Part shown: piece by piece, positions 47,950 to 60,464 of the stretch | Position numbering within the stretch: position 1 is the stretch's first letter | How the letters are laid out: every line of letters starts with the position of its first letter | Assembly: GCF_000150275.1 (NCBI RefSeq) | Contig: NW_002060946.1 | Coordinates: forward strand, 615,562-679,561 | Source: Trichoplax adhaerens | Lineage: Eukaryota > Animalia > Placozoa | DNA length: 64,000 nucleotides | Direction of reading: 5' to 3' | Made by a program: the position numbers and the translations under genes | Notes under the pieces: generated by a model | Databases searched by the model: none | Seen by the model: only the letters and a program-made list of their open reading frames with translations | Told to the model about the DNA's origin: nothing

Positions 47950-49638
47950 TGTTGTCAGGACATGATAATATCTGTTTCTGTAAATTAAATTATATCATAA
48001 CTATAGGCTTACAAAATACTTTGATAGTCATTGGCAGCGTGTATGGTATCAGAGCTATATGCATCCCTAAAATTTTAAAGCAAACCATTCTTTTATAATC
48101 CAATCAACGATATATTTGTATCCTAGCCCTTACATATTGTAGGGTTTTCGTCTCCTATTGTAAATAAAATGTTTCTATTTTGCGAAGAAATCATTGATAA
48201 GTCAATATTGCTAAGGCCACACTTAAATATCATGGCTAGTAATATTCTCTTATCGACATGAATTCACTATAACTAGCATATTCATAGTTACATCAAAGAT
48301 ATTAATGGTGATTTTGAAAATTAAAACTTGAGTATACGTAAATTACAAAGTACATAATACGGGATGATATGGATAATATTGTTTAGATCATAATTATTCC
48401 ATATAGCGATGTATAAGATCATATCGAGACGAAAATTGCATTGAAAGTATCAAATACTCGTATAAGTTCGCTTATGGAGACAATTAGGATTATAACGGCT
48501 TTCAAGCACCTTTATTCCATACTTTGTATCTGTAATTTCATTTATTATCAACGGCTAGATTACATTATATTTGTTAACACTACAATTGCAATCATATACA
48601 TCAACTAGCAAGGAACATTTGTATACCAATAACTGCGCCAATGGAAATATAAATTCATAGCAATATATCGTTCTTAGCACTGATAGTGGATTACTGATAT
48701 TATTAATATTATTATTAATTATTCTCTTTGGCATACAGACAAACTTATTATGGCGTATGTATTAAAAAGTAGTGTAAAGAGCATTAAGAATCTCATATAG
48801 TATAAACTTCTGTATCAAAGTTAGATACAATATAAATCAATTCATCATATCATATGCGGTAAACATATTAAATCAATCACTTTAGGAGCAACAAAAAATG
48901 TAAGACAATTGTGAGCTTGATTAAAAAGTGAAAATCTGTCGTAGATTCTCCGTATGCTGGTATATTACATAGTGTCATTTGATAAGACAAAAATAAAATG
49001 CCTAATCCAAAAAGACTTGAATAACAATATATAGAAACACGGTGTTGTGATGTAACAGATTACAACCAAATTAACAGCATAATCAACTTGAATTCGTAAG
49101 ACTGTTCAATACAGAATTATACTTTTAGTCAATTTTGGTATTGTGGCTACCAGTTTAATTACAAATATAGAGCACAGCGAATATACGAATAGATAGCAAA
49201 TAACAATATATAATATTTGCCATATCCTTGAACGGTATAAAATATACAGTTGTATTTCAGGTTAGACATAAAGTGTGATATTTTAAGAATGAAATTGTGA
49301 TTTCATCTGCTTTGTCATAAAATGTTTCTGATAATTCATTTGCGGTATCAGACTGATGAGTGACAGCTTTAAAAAGTAAACATCAGCGCTTACAAAAATT
49401 TTAATTATTGTATAAATCGTCTTGTGCAAACTTTGCAAATAGTTGTATCGATATTAACTACTGTATTTAGTAAAGAAAAATTTGTAACACAGAAATTTAT
49501 GTATATTATTTTCGTTGATTTTTGTTTAAACTGTTTAAAATTTTGGTACAGATTCGTTTAACTAACACGTTCTAATCCTGTAGTTCTTTCGATTAAGGTA
49601 CTTGCAGACTTGACAATTAAATATGTTTACTCGACGAT

Positions 49639-52600
49639 TTATTGCTTAATTACTGAAGATGAGAAATGAGTTGGAGGTTTTTGTGCTACATGAGATTGTG
49701 GTTGATTGGCGTAAGTTTCGGACCAAAATTTTTGAGGAGGCCTTGATTGTTGCTTCGGTTTCTTGCTTTTATTACTACCAGGATTTGACGAATCCAGCAT
49801 AGGTTGCAGGATTCTTCGCCGTGCATTTATAAACCTACGACAATCACAAACATAAAAACAATAACATTATGATCTTTCTTTACTTAAACCATTCTTGCAC
49901 CATTTATAGTTGATATCAAAAATCATTAACTTTGTCAGTTAAAATTATTTTATACCAGTTGTTAACTTGCAAGATTGAAAGATTAGTTTGAGTAGCTATA
50001 GCTCGTTTTTCATCTTCCGTAGGATAAGGGTGCTATATATAATATATTTAAATGTTGACATCATAATTAACTTCGGTTTAACTATAAGAGCCTGTAGGCT
50101 ATTCAATGATATAACCCTTATAAAAAATCATCTCGATATGTTAAATGTTACCATTAAATGCTGGAAGAGCCAAGTTTTCATAACAGTTGTAGCCTGCTTC
50201 GGTAAAATACCGCGCTTCATCCTGTGATCTTTACTTTTCATATGCTCAGGGGTTATAGATGTTTCTCCGCCCGCTGAATCTTGCGCAGTGCTTTCAAGCA
50301 ATAGCCTAGCTTGTGTCTGCGATTGATTACTGCATTCCACATAATTATTATTTGAAAGGTTACCAATATTAGGATACGAATCTACAGCGGAGCAGGATGT
50401 CGCATTTGAATCGTAACTACTAACGACTATCTGCATATTTCCAGAAGCCGGCAAAGTATTACTAGTTGGAATTGCTGTTAGTGAAAGTTAAATTTCTCAT
50501 TAAGACTTCACTTGTTTTGTCACATAAAAATTTAAAACAACGTATCTTCCTATTCATTAGATTAATGCTACATGTAAGAATGATAAATTACTCTGTTACC
50601 TAGTGAAGATTCTGCAATATTGCTAAACATCGAATGTTGCTCGTTAATTTGTCCAATTTCATGCTGACCTTGATTCGTGGAGCAGGACCCATTGAAAGTA
50701 TTTTGCTCACGTAATAAATTATCACTATTCATTTTATTTTTCAAGCAGCCAATGTAACGTTGACAGAAATCTTTACATAATTCATTAACTTTTTCTAACT
50801 CAAGTAGGTGAATTCGTAATACTTGTATAGCTTTAATCATCTATATAATAAGAAAAATTGATATCCACTACGAGTTATAAGAGAAACACAAGCTTTATGG
50901 CGGCAATGCTTACTAAATTTTATTACAATCATTTTTCTTCAATAATTAATACTTACCATACTATTGACTTCTTCGTTTTCTGTCACACAACTCTTTCTCT
51001 CTTGACTCTGACGTCTTAAGAAATCTTCAATAGCAGCATCAAATGATGACGATGATGGACTTTCATTACCCCAAGTTGCCCGTTCACATTTTTCATATAG
51101 CATGACTACAACGGATTATAGCATATTACAGAATGATTAAACACTTTAACGTAAAATTAACTTAAAACGATACTGCTTTATATCTTTAAACATATCATTG
51201 ATGTAACTAATCATTACCTAATAACGGAAAGAGCGGATGATGATATATGGCTCTCTTTTCAGTTTGAAAGCTACCGTTTGGAAAAACTCCGATATCAGCC
51301 TGCGAATTTGTATTTTGTGGAGTAGCAGTTGGCATGTGACTGTGAATATCTTCGTACGGTGGTGGAGGTATCTTATCAGGAGGTAGACTGCTCGTATAAT
51401 GAGGAACAAAATCATTGGGATTCATCATAGACATAGGTGGCATGTGATGTGGATGCATGCCATAAGTGGCCGCCATGACATGATGAGGAACTGGACCAGC
51501 CCTAGGGTTAAGGCTTGAGTCCATGTTCACTACACCAGGCCTAGACGAAGACTGCGAGAAGAAATCCGTCTTGCTAGTGTAATTATTTAACTTTAAAAAA
51601 AATGCAAACCAGAACCGCGGGTTTGTTTAGCGGTCTAAGACTTTAAGATAGCACAATTTTCGTTGATAAAGTTAGTCCAATTGTTGATTTGTTGTAGAAT
51701 CTTATTGCAACGATTGATTGATTAAGAACCGCCGATTTAATGGGATATATTTGGCTAGTAATCAACCATCAGTTGTTAAGAACGACCCACCTAGAGGTAA
51801 TTTTTCAAAAATGAACCTGTTAATGCAGGGTTACTATAAAAAATAAAACATAATAGAAAGTGATGTTTGCACTTTATAATGATAACTCGATGAAAATACA
51901 GTATAGTGTGTAGAAAATGTTTTAATTCTTTCATTTCTCCATTAGCTTTGAAAACTTTTGCATAATGTATCGAATTCATTAAAGATCTATCCCATTTTCT
52001 CAAGAAATATTACTAAATCCATAATAGTTTACAGAAAGCAATATTAATCATTCTGATATAACTTTGTCTATTCATAACATGTAGAAATCTTACGGTTTTC
52101 CTTCATAAATTTATAACGATGAAAGTCTATTACCTACTTAACCTAACATATATTCTTCTATAAATGACTATTTAAGCGTATTCCACTTTGATTGAGGCAT
52201 AATCAAAGAGTATCAAAATGTCAACAAATTAACGGCATTTTGCGAGAAATAAAAAAAACAACATCAAACCCACATGTACATCTGGTCAATGGATCCCTAN
52301 NNNNNNNNNNNNNNNNNNNNNNNNNNNNNNNNNNNNNNNNNNNNNNNNNGGCATTTATATACGATGAATACAAGTCACTATTAATTATAGATAAAATCGA
52401 ATTCTATATTACGTTGTAACACATTCATAATATATTTTCAAATAAAAGTACGTCTCAATTAGGCGATGTTAACGAGTTTAGTTTAGGATCAATCATTATT
52501 AAAAACGTGGACGCTGCAATCTAACATTTCGGTATGCGAATATTAAGGCAGTTTTCCATGTGTGGTCAACTTGTTTCCTAATTGATTACCATAATAATTA

Positions 52601-55555
52601 TCAAGATAGGAAAATGGATGAACAAAAAAAAATAGAAAATGATCACGAAGAATGGTAGCAAGAGTAAATAATTGCTCGACTAGTATTAGCAGCTATTATA
52701 TGGGTTAGCCGTTAATATCCATGATGATTAGTTTGTAGTCGTTTATTCAAAGCTAAATAAACGTCTTACTAATTAGCCTTGATCATGAAAAATGTCAGTT
52801 TTATGCCAACATTTAGGCATGTTTACAATCATCGATGGCTCAAGGATAGCACATTTATTAGTAAAGCAATCTAATACTGTAGGATGAATATAATCGTTCT
52901 TGGTCAAATAGTAGGCTAGTCCTATCTATCATACGTAGAATACAATATTCATCATTATGGTATTCCATCTTGACCAATTGGCATCACACTTAACAGTAAA
53001 CTAAACTTGTTTTTTACTCTCTTTGAGATAGCAATACATTAACAACACATATTCTTATTTAAAAGTTCTCCATTGCTGTCATAATTCAAAGATTGATTTT
53101 ATCCTATAGTAATCGTTGTTATAGTGGAGAAGTTATTCCATATCAAAGTGGAGTTCTACTGGTGCGTAACCTTGACAGTCACTAACATTGGTCCAATATG
53201 GTGTAAGTACTATTATACAATGCTGGAGTAGCGTAGGTAGTCCTACGAATAAGTCGTCTTACTTTGTGTTTTCCAATGTGAATGATGTCCTTCATGTCGA
53301 AAGAGAGAGTTTAAGCATTTCTAGCCATATCAATCTACAGTAAATCGACTCAAAAACGTCATTGTAACTAATATCAATACGAGTACATTGGTTTATCACC
53401 AATCAGGGCTAGCTGTCGACATTAGCAGTTGAAGAGAAAAATTTCATAAGAAAATGCCGAAAAATAATTGATCTTGGTGGCCTAAGAGCGCGTAAAAAAA
53501 GACTTTATCCTTACTTATCTCTTATAATGTTGTAGCCTGCTGTATTTTATTACCAAACATCGATAGCTAGTAAAAAAAATTCCCTGGAAAATAGTTCTGA
53601 TAGTGACTGGATGATGACTTCTTCAAGTCGACCACTCCATATTCATAGTAACGTATCGTATACCCCGATGCAACACCTAGCATAGTATTAGTAGTATTAA
53701 CGAGTTGTCATTTTAAATCTTTTATTTATTACCATATTGATCAACATCGGATGAAGAAGAATATCGAATGTGGCTCGTCTAAAGTCTTTGGTAATGACTA
53801 TATTAAGTGACTGCTTAGTGTAGCATGGACATAATTAAAGCATAAGTCGATATCGCTATCGCCACTACGATCGATATTTTGATGGTGTGGGATTTTTTTC
53901 CCTACTATAGAACATGATGTATGACACTATTTACAGTAAATTAGCCAAGTTAAGAGGTAGTACTGTAGAAATTTTCCAACGTTCCAACTTGCCATCGATA
54001 CTATAGAACCATGCATCCCTCAACATTCGTGTTCAAATTACAGAGTATAGTCATCCTTTATAAGCAATAGATGGTAAAAAAAGTGGAATAAAAAGGATTT
54101 GGAAGGATTGATCAACTTTACTAGGTCATGTTTTTTTTCCCCTCTCGTTTTGATGGTAATGTCTAGCTATTAAAACTCGGTTAAGAGTAGTCAAAAGACT
54201 GCAACCTTCTTACTCTCGTTACTACTGCAAGTCCGTATCCTTCAGTGTAAAAATATCAAAAGGATATTGAGCAGTCATATCATGTCAAAGCAATGGATCG
54301 AGAGAAAAAGTAATCAAAACAATTGAAAAAGATGAAGTAGTTGTAGCATTTTTTTTCTCCTTGTCGGATTGTGCTCCACATCCATAAGCAAAGCGGGTAC
54401 TGTATGTAACTTGCTATCGATACTCGATAGCCATGTATGGATCACTATCAAAAGTACAATTATCCTCTATGATTAAGCAATCGATGGAGGAAAAAGGCAC
54501 TAAAAACGACTTGAAAAGTTGATTTATCATTTGTACTACTACTACAGTCGTGCCATAATGATGGAAAGATAGAATAAAGACACAATCATAGCACTACAGT
54601 ACAGAGGATTAAGTGATTGTGAAATGTTTGAAAGATGGGAAGATAGAGATTGATTATATTACTACTCTAGTCATTAAGTCATCCATCATCAAATTATCTC
54701 CATGTCATATCACTATGTTTGTAAAAAAAAAAAGAGTCAACAGTAGATGATTGGAAGATGATGAAATTGGCTAGGAGTCAATTTGTTCAATGATGGATCT
54801 CCTTGCTGTCAAGTCAACGAGTGGTGATGAGATTGTCATCCGAGTGAGTGAGAAGTGATTGAAGGCAAATTTGATGTTGCCCCCAAAGTGGAATAATGAC
54901 CATTTCAAAGTGTCATTAAGGAAATCCCTTCACACTATGTTGAAGTTGTAGCACTCTAATCAGCCTAGGTATAGAAATGATGATTTTGGATCCAATTTCA
55001 TGCATTAGTGTATGGATAGAAGTGCATGTTGATCATGTCAAAATCGAGTTGTGTCAGTTGTGTGTAGAAGAGCAAGGAAGCGAGTAGGGTCATGGAGGCA
55101 GACATGTTGTATCATCGACCATGATGAACTAGGGCCAGATGAAGCATATGGAAATGACTAATGCATCATCGTCTATGGGCATCCATTGCATCTCTCTTGC
55201 CCTATCGTGTTGGGTGACCGATGCAAAGCAATATCGCCATCATTTCTCTCTCGTTATGGCTTGAATTTTTCAAGCCATAACGAGCTAGGCGCGATTTCAT
55301 CATCTCGTCATGGTGTCAACTTGTGTAGGGAAAAAAGGCATGTGAGAAGTGATAAGGGGCAAAAAAAACACAACAACAACAAGTGGATCATGGTGGATAA
55401 CAAATGAAGCAAGCAACAAAATAGAAATTGCTGGCCAATATCTATTAATCAGCTGTAATAGTTGTATTTTAATTTGTTGTGGAGATAAATGAATGGCCAG
55501 GAGGAGGGCAAGTTCAACATTATTTTACAGATGAGTGGCAGCTTACCTCTGTCAT
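49639..55555 (-). CDS. PKNOX: PBX/knotted 1 homeobox (PKNOX/Prep), TALE class; the first exon (55555-55547) is inferred and the main body spans 51551-49639
   Basis: MEINOX A: [14 protein letters not shown]|[19 protein letters not shown]: [43 protein letters not shown], with PKNOX-type [15 protein letters not shown] and KMNS rather than Meis-type LRFHLL and KMPID. TALE homeodomain: [22 protein letters not shown]|[25 protein letters not shown]|[14 protein letters not shown], followed by QKFWS. Confidence 0.93.
52300..52349. other. Assembly gap (50 N) within the inferred PKNOX intron 1
   Basis: Run of N bases. Confidence 0.99.
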
Positions 55556-56030
55556 TCTTCGCCGTCTCAAAATGTTTAGCCACCGTCACCAGCTGTCATC
55601 TGTCATTGTGATTGGCAAGTTGATCACGTGGCAATCACCGATTCGTCGCACCAATGGTTGACAGGTCACCGGGGCAACCAGTACTCGCTGGTGAAACGGT
55701 ACAGTACGCATTGAGCGTACGTCAAATACAGTTACGCTGTTGCATTTTGACTGGACTGTAGTGTACACTACTACCATCGACTATAGAGCCGGTGGCCTGG
55801 ATGCTTTTTGAAGGGGACAAAATCGAAGAAAAGACGATGAGTTTTTGCCGCCTTTCTGTACGTTAAAAAAGAAGAGAAACGAAGCCAAGGATCTCTACCG
55901 TATGACGTAATCCAGTACAGTGCTATACGGTACAGTACAGTACTGTACTCAGTCATTACTCCATACAGTACAGTACAGTACAATGTACAGTGTACAGTAC
56001 GTACTGTGCTGTACTGTACTGTACGACTGA
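55530..56030 (-). promoter_or_regulatory. Putative PKNOX promoter and 5' leader island
   Basis: Locally more GC-rich, with four TGACAG sites, CCAAT/TGATTGGC, CACGTG, X-box GTCACCGGGGCAAC (55665-55678), CRE-like TGACGTAA (~55902) and a (TACAG)n/(CTGTA)n tract. Confidence 0.6.
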
Positions 56031-58523
56031 AGCTGGCAATAATACAACCACCGTACCGTCAACACTGCAGCCAGTGCAATTGGCACAGCGGTTGTCGACC
56101 GACCCAGTAACTGAATCAATTCATGATAGGAATAAAAGTTACTACTGGCAGTCGGTCGAAGCAGTCCCCTGCTGCAGGACTATACAACCGTGACAAACTT
56201 ACGCTTATTAAGCGACATGGTCTAAATGGCTGCTTAGACAGCATGGAATCTCTAGTTTACAATAGAATAACAAATTTACAAATTGTCCTTACCAAAACTG
56301 ACTAATCAAAAATTCCCAAACGATCAACCAGCATGTAAATTGACAAAAATTGTAATCAAACCGGCTTGACTGCCGACTGGATTGCTAGTGGTAGCAGATA
56401 TACTGTAGGGTTGTAAGGTCTCCGCATTCCACCAACATGTCACTGGCGATTTAGACGCAGACAACTTGTAGTAGTCATCCCGTGCTAAAATGCAGTAATG
56501 GATCAATTACATACATGGATATCATCAGTAATTATGGCAGTACTGTATCAAAACGATAACCAACACATTCTTACAACCTACTGCATATCTGCAACTAGGA
56601 CGAAGATACTAACTGTATATAAGTATTCGATAGACAGTAATTAATCATCTGTACATACAAATACAATACCGTACTCGTATGTCTGTACCTATGTATTGAA
56701 TAGGATAACTATTTCCTTATAATAGAATTACTCAATTGGGCTATTCATAGCTAATCAATAAAAATAACATCCATCAACGTCCAAAATGATTCCATTTTGC
56801 CACATAGTATTTACATTTCAGCAATCAATCAATTAATCTTAAGATAGCCAGCCACTTCACATGAATACCCTCGCATTACTGCAGTACTGTGCTATAGTCT
56901 ACAGTAGAGTGCACACACCCAAAAAACCTGAAAGATATTATGCAGTACAGTAAATCAATACGAATACAGTAGAGGGGCAAAAAAATGTCGTTGCAGAACA
57001 TTGCCTCTAATAAAAGAATATTACTGCATGAGGCGTTCGATAGAGCACATGACGCAATGTTTATTCTACTCCAATTTATTTACACGAATTATTATTATCG
57101 AACAATTCTCGAAAATTGGGGGATGCACAAAGTGCAATATATTAATATCGTGTATATCTTGTACACATCCTACTAATTATTAATTATAAAGTATTTTAGT
57201 CTTGACGTCAGAAATACAGACATGCATTATTACGCATTTGGTGATAATTTGTAACCTTCTACAGCAGTCTTAAGTATAGAATGTATAAGCGTTAAAAAGT
57301 TGTTATATCTAAAAAAAAATGTCGTGCCATACTAATTTACTCCATTCGCATACAAAAATTGATTTATCTACAACTATCGTGGATTAATTATTAAACAACT
57401 CAATATAGTATATTTATCCTTACATATATACTTGTATATACTGTATATACACATGAACAGTACTTGTGCATCCATTGTCACCCAACCGCATAGGCGCACT
57501 AATGAGCTATAATTTGTATTTTAATAGTAATCCTAGGGAATACGTCTAGTAATGGAATTGTACACTATTTCTACCTTGAAGTGAATACTACCACCTTGAT
57601 CATCACATTCATAAATCAGCGTTATCACACTTGGCTAGCAAAAGCTAAAGGAAACTCTATCTAAGCTATAGTATTAACCACTACTGTTAAGTACAATTGA
57701 TAGAGGATATCGCTCAAGTCGATGTTGCCCAGTACTGTCATACCCAAGGCTTATAACTAATTATCAAGTATATAGCCCAAAAATATACGAATACACTGTA
57801 TACTTAATTAGATATTCAATGTTGCCTGGTTTTACACTACACGCACATATAACCATGATGCAAATACGTATGAGTACATGCTCCATTCTATAATCGTTAT
57901 CCCGATTTACGTTAAGTAGCATGCAAAAGAATTATTTAAATCAACATTTATTATAAACAAGAAATGCTAAAAATGTAATATAATTAATTATAATGACAAT
58001 AACATGACATGTTAAAATTTCGTCAATCGCTAAGTATACTACGATAAATAAGATCGTTCAGTTATGCAAAACTGTGCATTTGTTAATTAAATATAAAGGT
58101 CAACTTTTCGAAAATCTGTTTAAATCGTAATAATAAGTTGGAGTTTTTATTTAATATTCAATTGACGAGTCAAATTGACTTCATTGATGTGCTCAAGGTT
58201 CTATTCATTAAATGAATCAATTAAACATAGAGTATTTTGGATCAAGACATAATATTCTACACTTGGCTACAGAAAGCTGCAAGAGATGGAATTGTCTCGT
58301 CATGTTCCTTTCAAATAAATCATAGTTTTTTCATCTTACGTATGCCAAAATTAACAAAAGCCTGCCTAAATCAAAAATTTTCAAGTGCAATAATCGTATT
58401 TACATTAGTTTGCTAATTCTGTTGCAAGAAATCACATAATCTAAGTACGTGTTACATTATAGCAGATAAACAATGACTGTAATTAAATAATATTCCTTCG
58501 TACATATTTTGTAATCAAATTTT

Positions 58524-59597
58524 TTATATAAATACAACTCCTTCCTCGCTAACTATAAAGCGCTCTGCACTTTCTATTGATGATGGGTGTTCAAGTACTA
58601 CGGAATAAGTCGCCGAATAGCTATTTGCTCCACTCAACTCCGAATCAAGTTTACTCAAAATATAACGATATTTAACAAGCTTCCTCCAAACATTGGGCAT
58701 ATATTCCATATGTTTACTATGTGTGCTGTTATAGTTAGAAGCGATATCATTCCTAAGACGAGATTTATTAGCTAGTCTACTGTTTTCAAACTGCTTCCTA
58801 ATAGCTGATTTGGTAGCAAGAACAATCAGATTATGTTCATCGCACAGGTATTTGACAATTTTACATAATTGATCTACTCCACTGCTCGATGAAAATTTAT
58901 CCTGCCAGTAGAACGAACCTATGCCATCAATGAGCATAATACCGATATCAGGATTGCTAGAAATGCTATACTCCAGCAAATGCAATGATGTAATGAGTTG
59001 ATGAATAGTGTCACAGCGTATGATATAAAATCGTTCCAAGCATTTTCGAATAAACTCTTCAGAATGCTTGACCATAGTTGCGTTAGATCCTTGACAAGCT
59101 TTGCAATAGCGTTGCTCCAGTATACTCATTAATCGTAGCAAATTAAAGTGATAATCACAATCAATATAGACGACCGACATGGATCTGCCATTCATTGCAA
59201 TACCACGAAAATTATCCGGCATGATACACTTGATCATTAAATGCAGTAGCATTTCCGTTTTTCCACAACCCTCACTGCCGTAGAATTCTACTACATCACC
59301 ACATGTTAAGCCGTTGAATTGTAATTTGCTAAATAGCCGATCTTCCATACCAATCACAGTTTGTCTAGAACCTAACCTAGCAAAGAGCTGGATCAAAAGA
59401 TTGATGAAAGATTATTATTACACGTATATTAAAACGTTATCTGTCTCAAGCATGTACGTACTAATGCATACTGATTTGCCTACAACAGTAAACTTTATTT
59501 CTACATCATCTTCTTTAAAACTATGCAATTTTTATCTTTGTCATTACGCTATACAATCGAGTGAATGAACAACCTTGGCAGCCGATTCGCTAGCCAT
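58524..59597 (-). CDS. XRCC2: DNA repair protein XRCC2 (RAD51 paralogue), 2 exons
   Basis: Exon 1 (59597-59574, MASESAAK) splices in frame to 59387-58524 (LFARLGSR...GDVVEFYGSEGCGKTEMLLHL..KCIMP..YIDCDYHFNLLRL..LIDGIGSFYWQD..YMPNVWRKLVKYR). These are XRCC2 hallmarks. Confidence 0.93.
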
Positions 59598-60214
59598 GCT
59601 TGAACTCTTGAAATGGCAGACAGTAGGATCAGTTTGATATCAATTCGTTGGATCGTTTTGGTATTAAAACTATAGTTCTGAATCTGCACAATGATTTAAC
59701 CGTAAGATAGGATGTTTTTACTTTTTGAGATTGCATAAGCCAACGCCTAATTAGGCAAGACATGGATTCCATCCATCTTGATCAATTTCCAGCTCTGCTC
59801 ATTGCACTCTTCAATCCTCAGGTAGCCCCAGCAATTCATGCAACTCGAACATACAGTCGAGAACTTATTGTGTATTACTGAAGGTGTACAGTATGCAGGC
59901 GTACCTACAGTTTGAGCATATACAGTATACTGTATCCTACAGTGTACTGTATGCTAGCAGTTATTTGTATGTACTGTAGGAGGGTGGCTAAAAAGCTCTG
60001 ATCCACCTGAAGTAATTTCTCTACAGGAAGTTTTCACTTCGGATTCGTTCCATAATAAGGCAACTGAAGTTCTGTACAGTATTATTCATTACAAAGTGTG
60101 CCAAAGCGTAAATACGTTTGACGAAAAAGAAAAGGTCGTTGAAATTTTCATCTGTACTTGAAGCAAGTACCTGATTCATACTATAAGCTGTACTATATCA
60201 GTATGGCATGTGTG

Positions 60215-60462
60215 GAAAGTGAACGTTCCCCACTATCAACTTGCACTTCAAAATATAGATTGTAACAGGATGAAAAGTTGGAAAGTTATCGCTACCAACT
60301 TCCGTCACTTTACAATCATTGCCGAGATTGTCCCAGTATGGAAAGTAGAAAAGTCATCGTCTCTACTATTCACTTTCAGTACTTGATATTCAAAACATCG
60401 ATTGTTGCTTACCTCTCCAAACCTGAAAGTTATCACCTCACTATCAACTTTCAGTACCTGCA
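60215..60462. repeat. Degenerate short repeats, GAAAGT(T/C)ATC...CTATCAACTTTCAGTAC, about 4 copies
   Basis: Similar blocks occur at ~60215, ~60280, ~60348 and ~60425. Confidence 0.55.
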
Positions 60463-60464
60463 CG

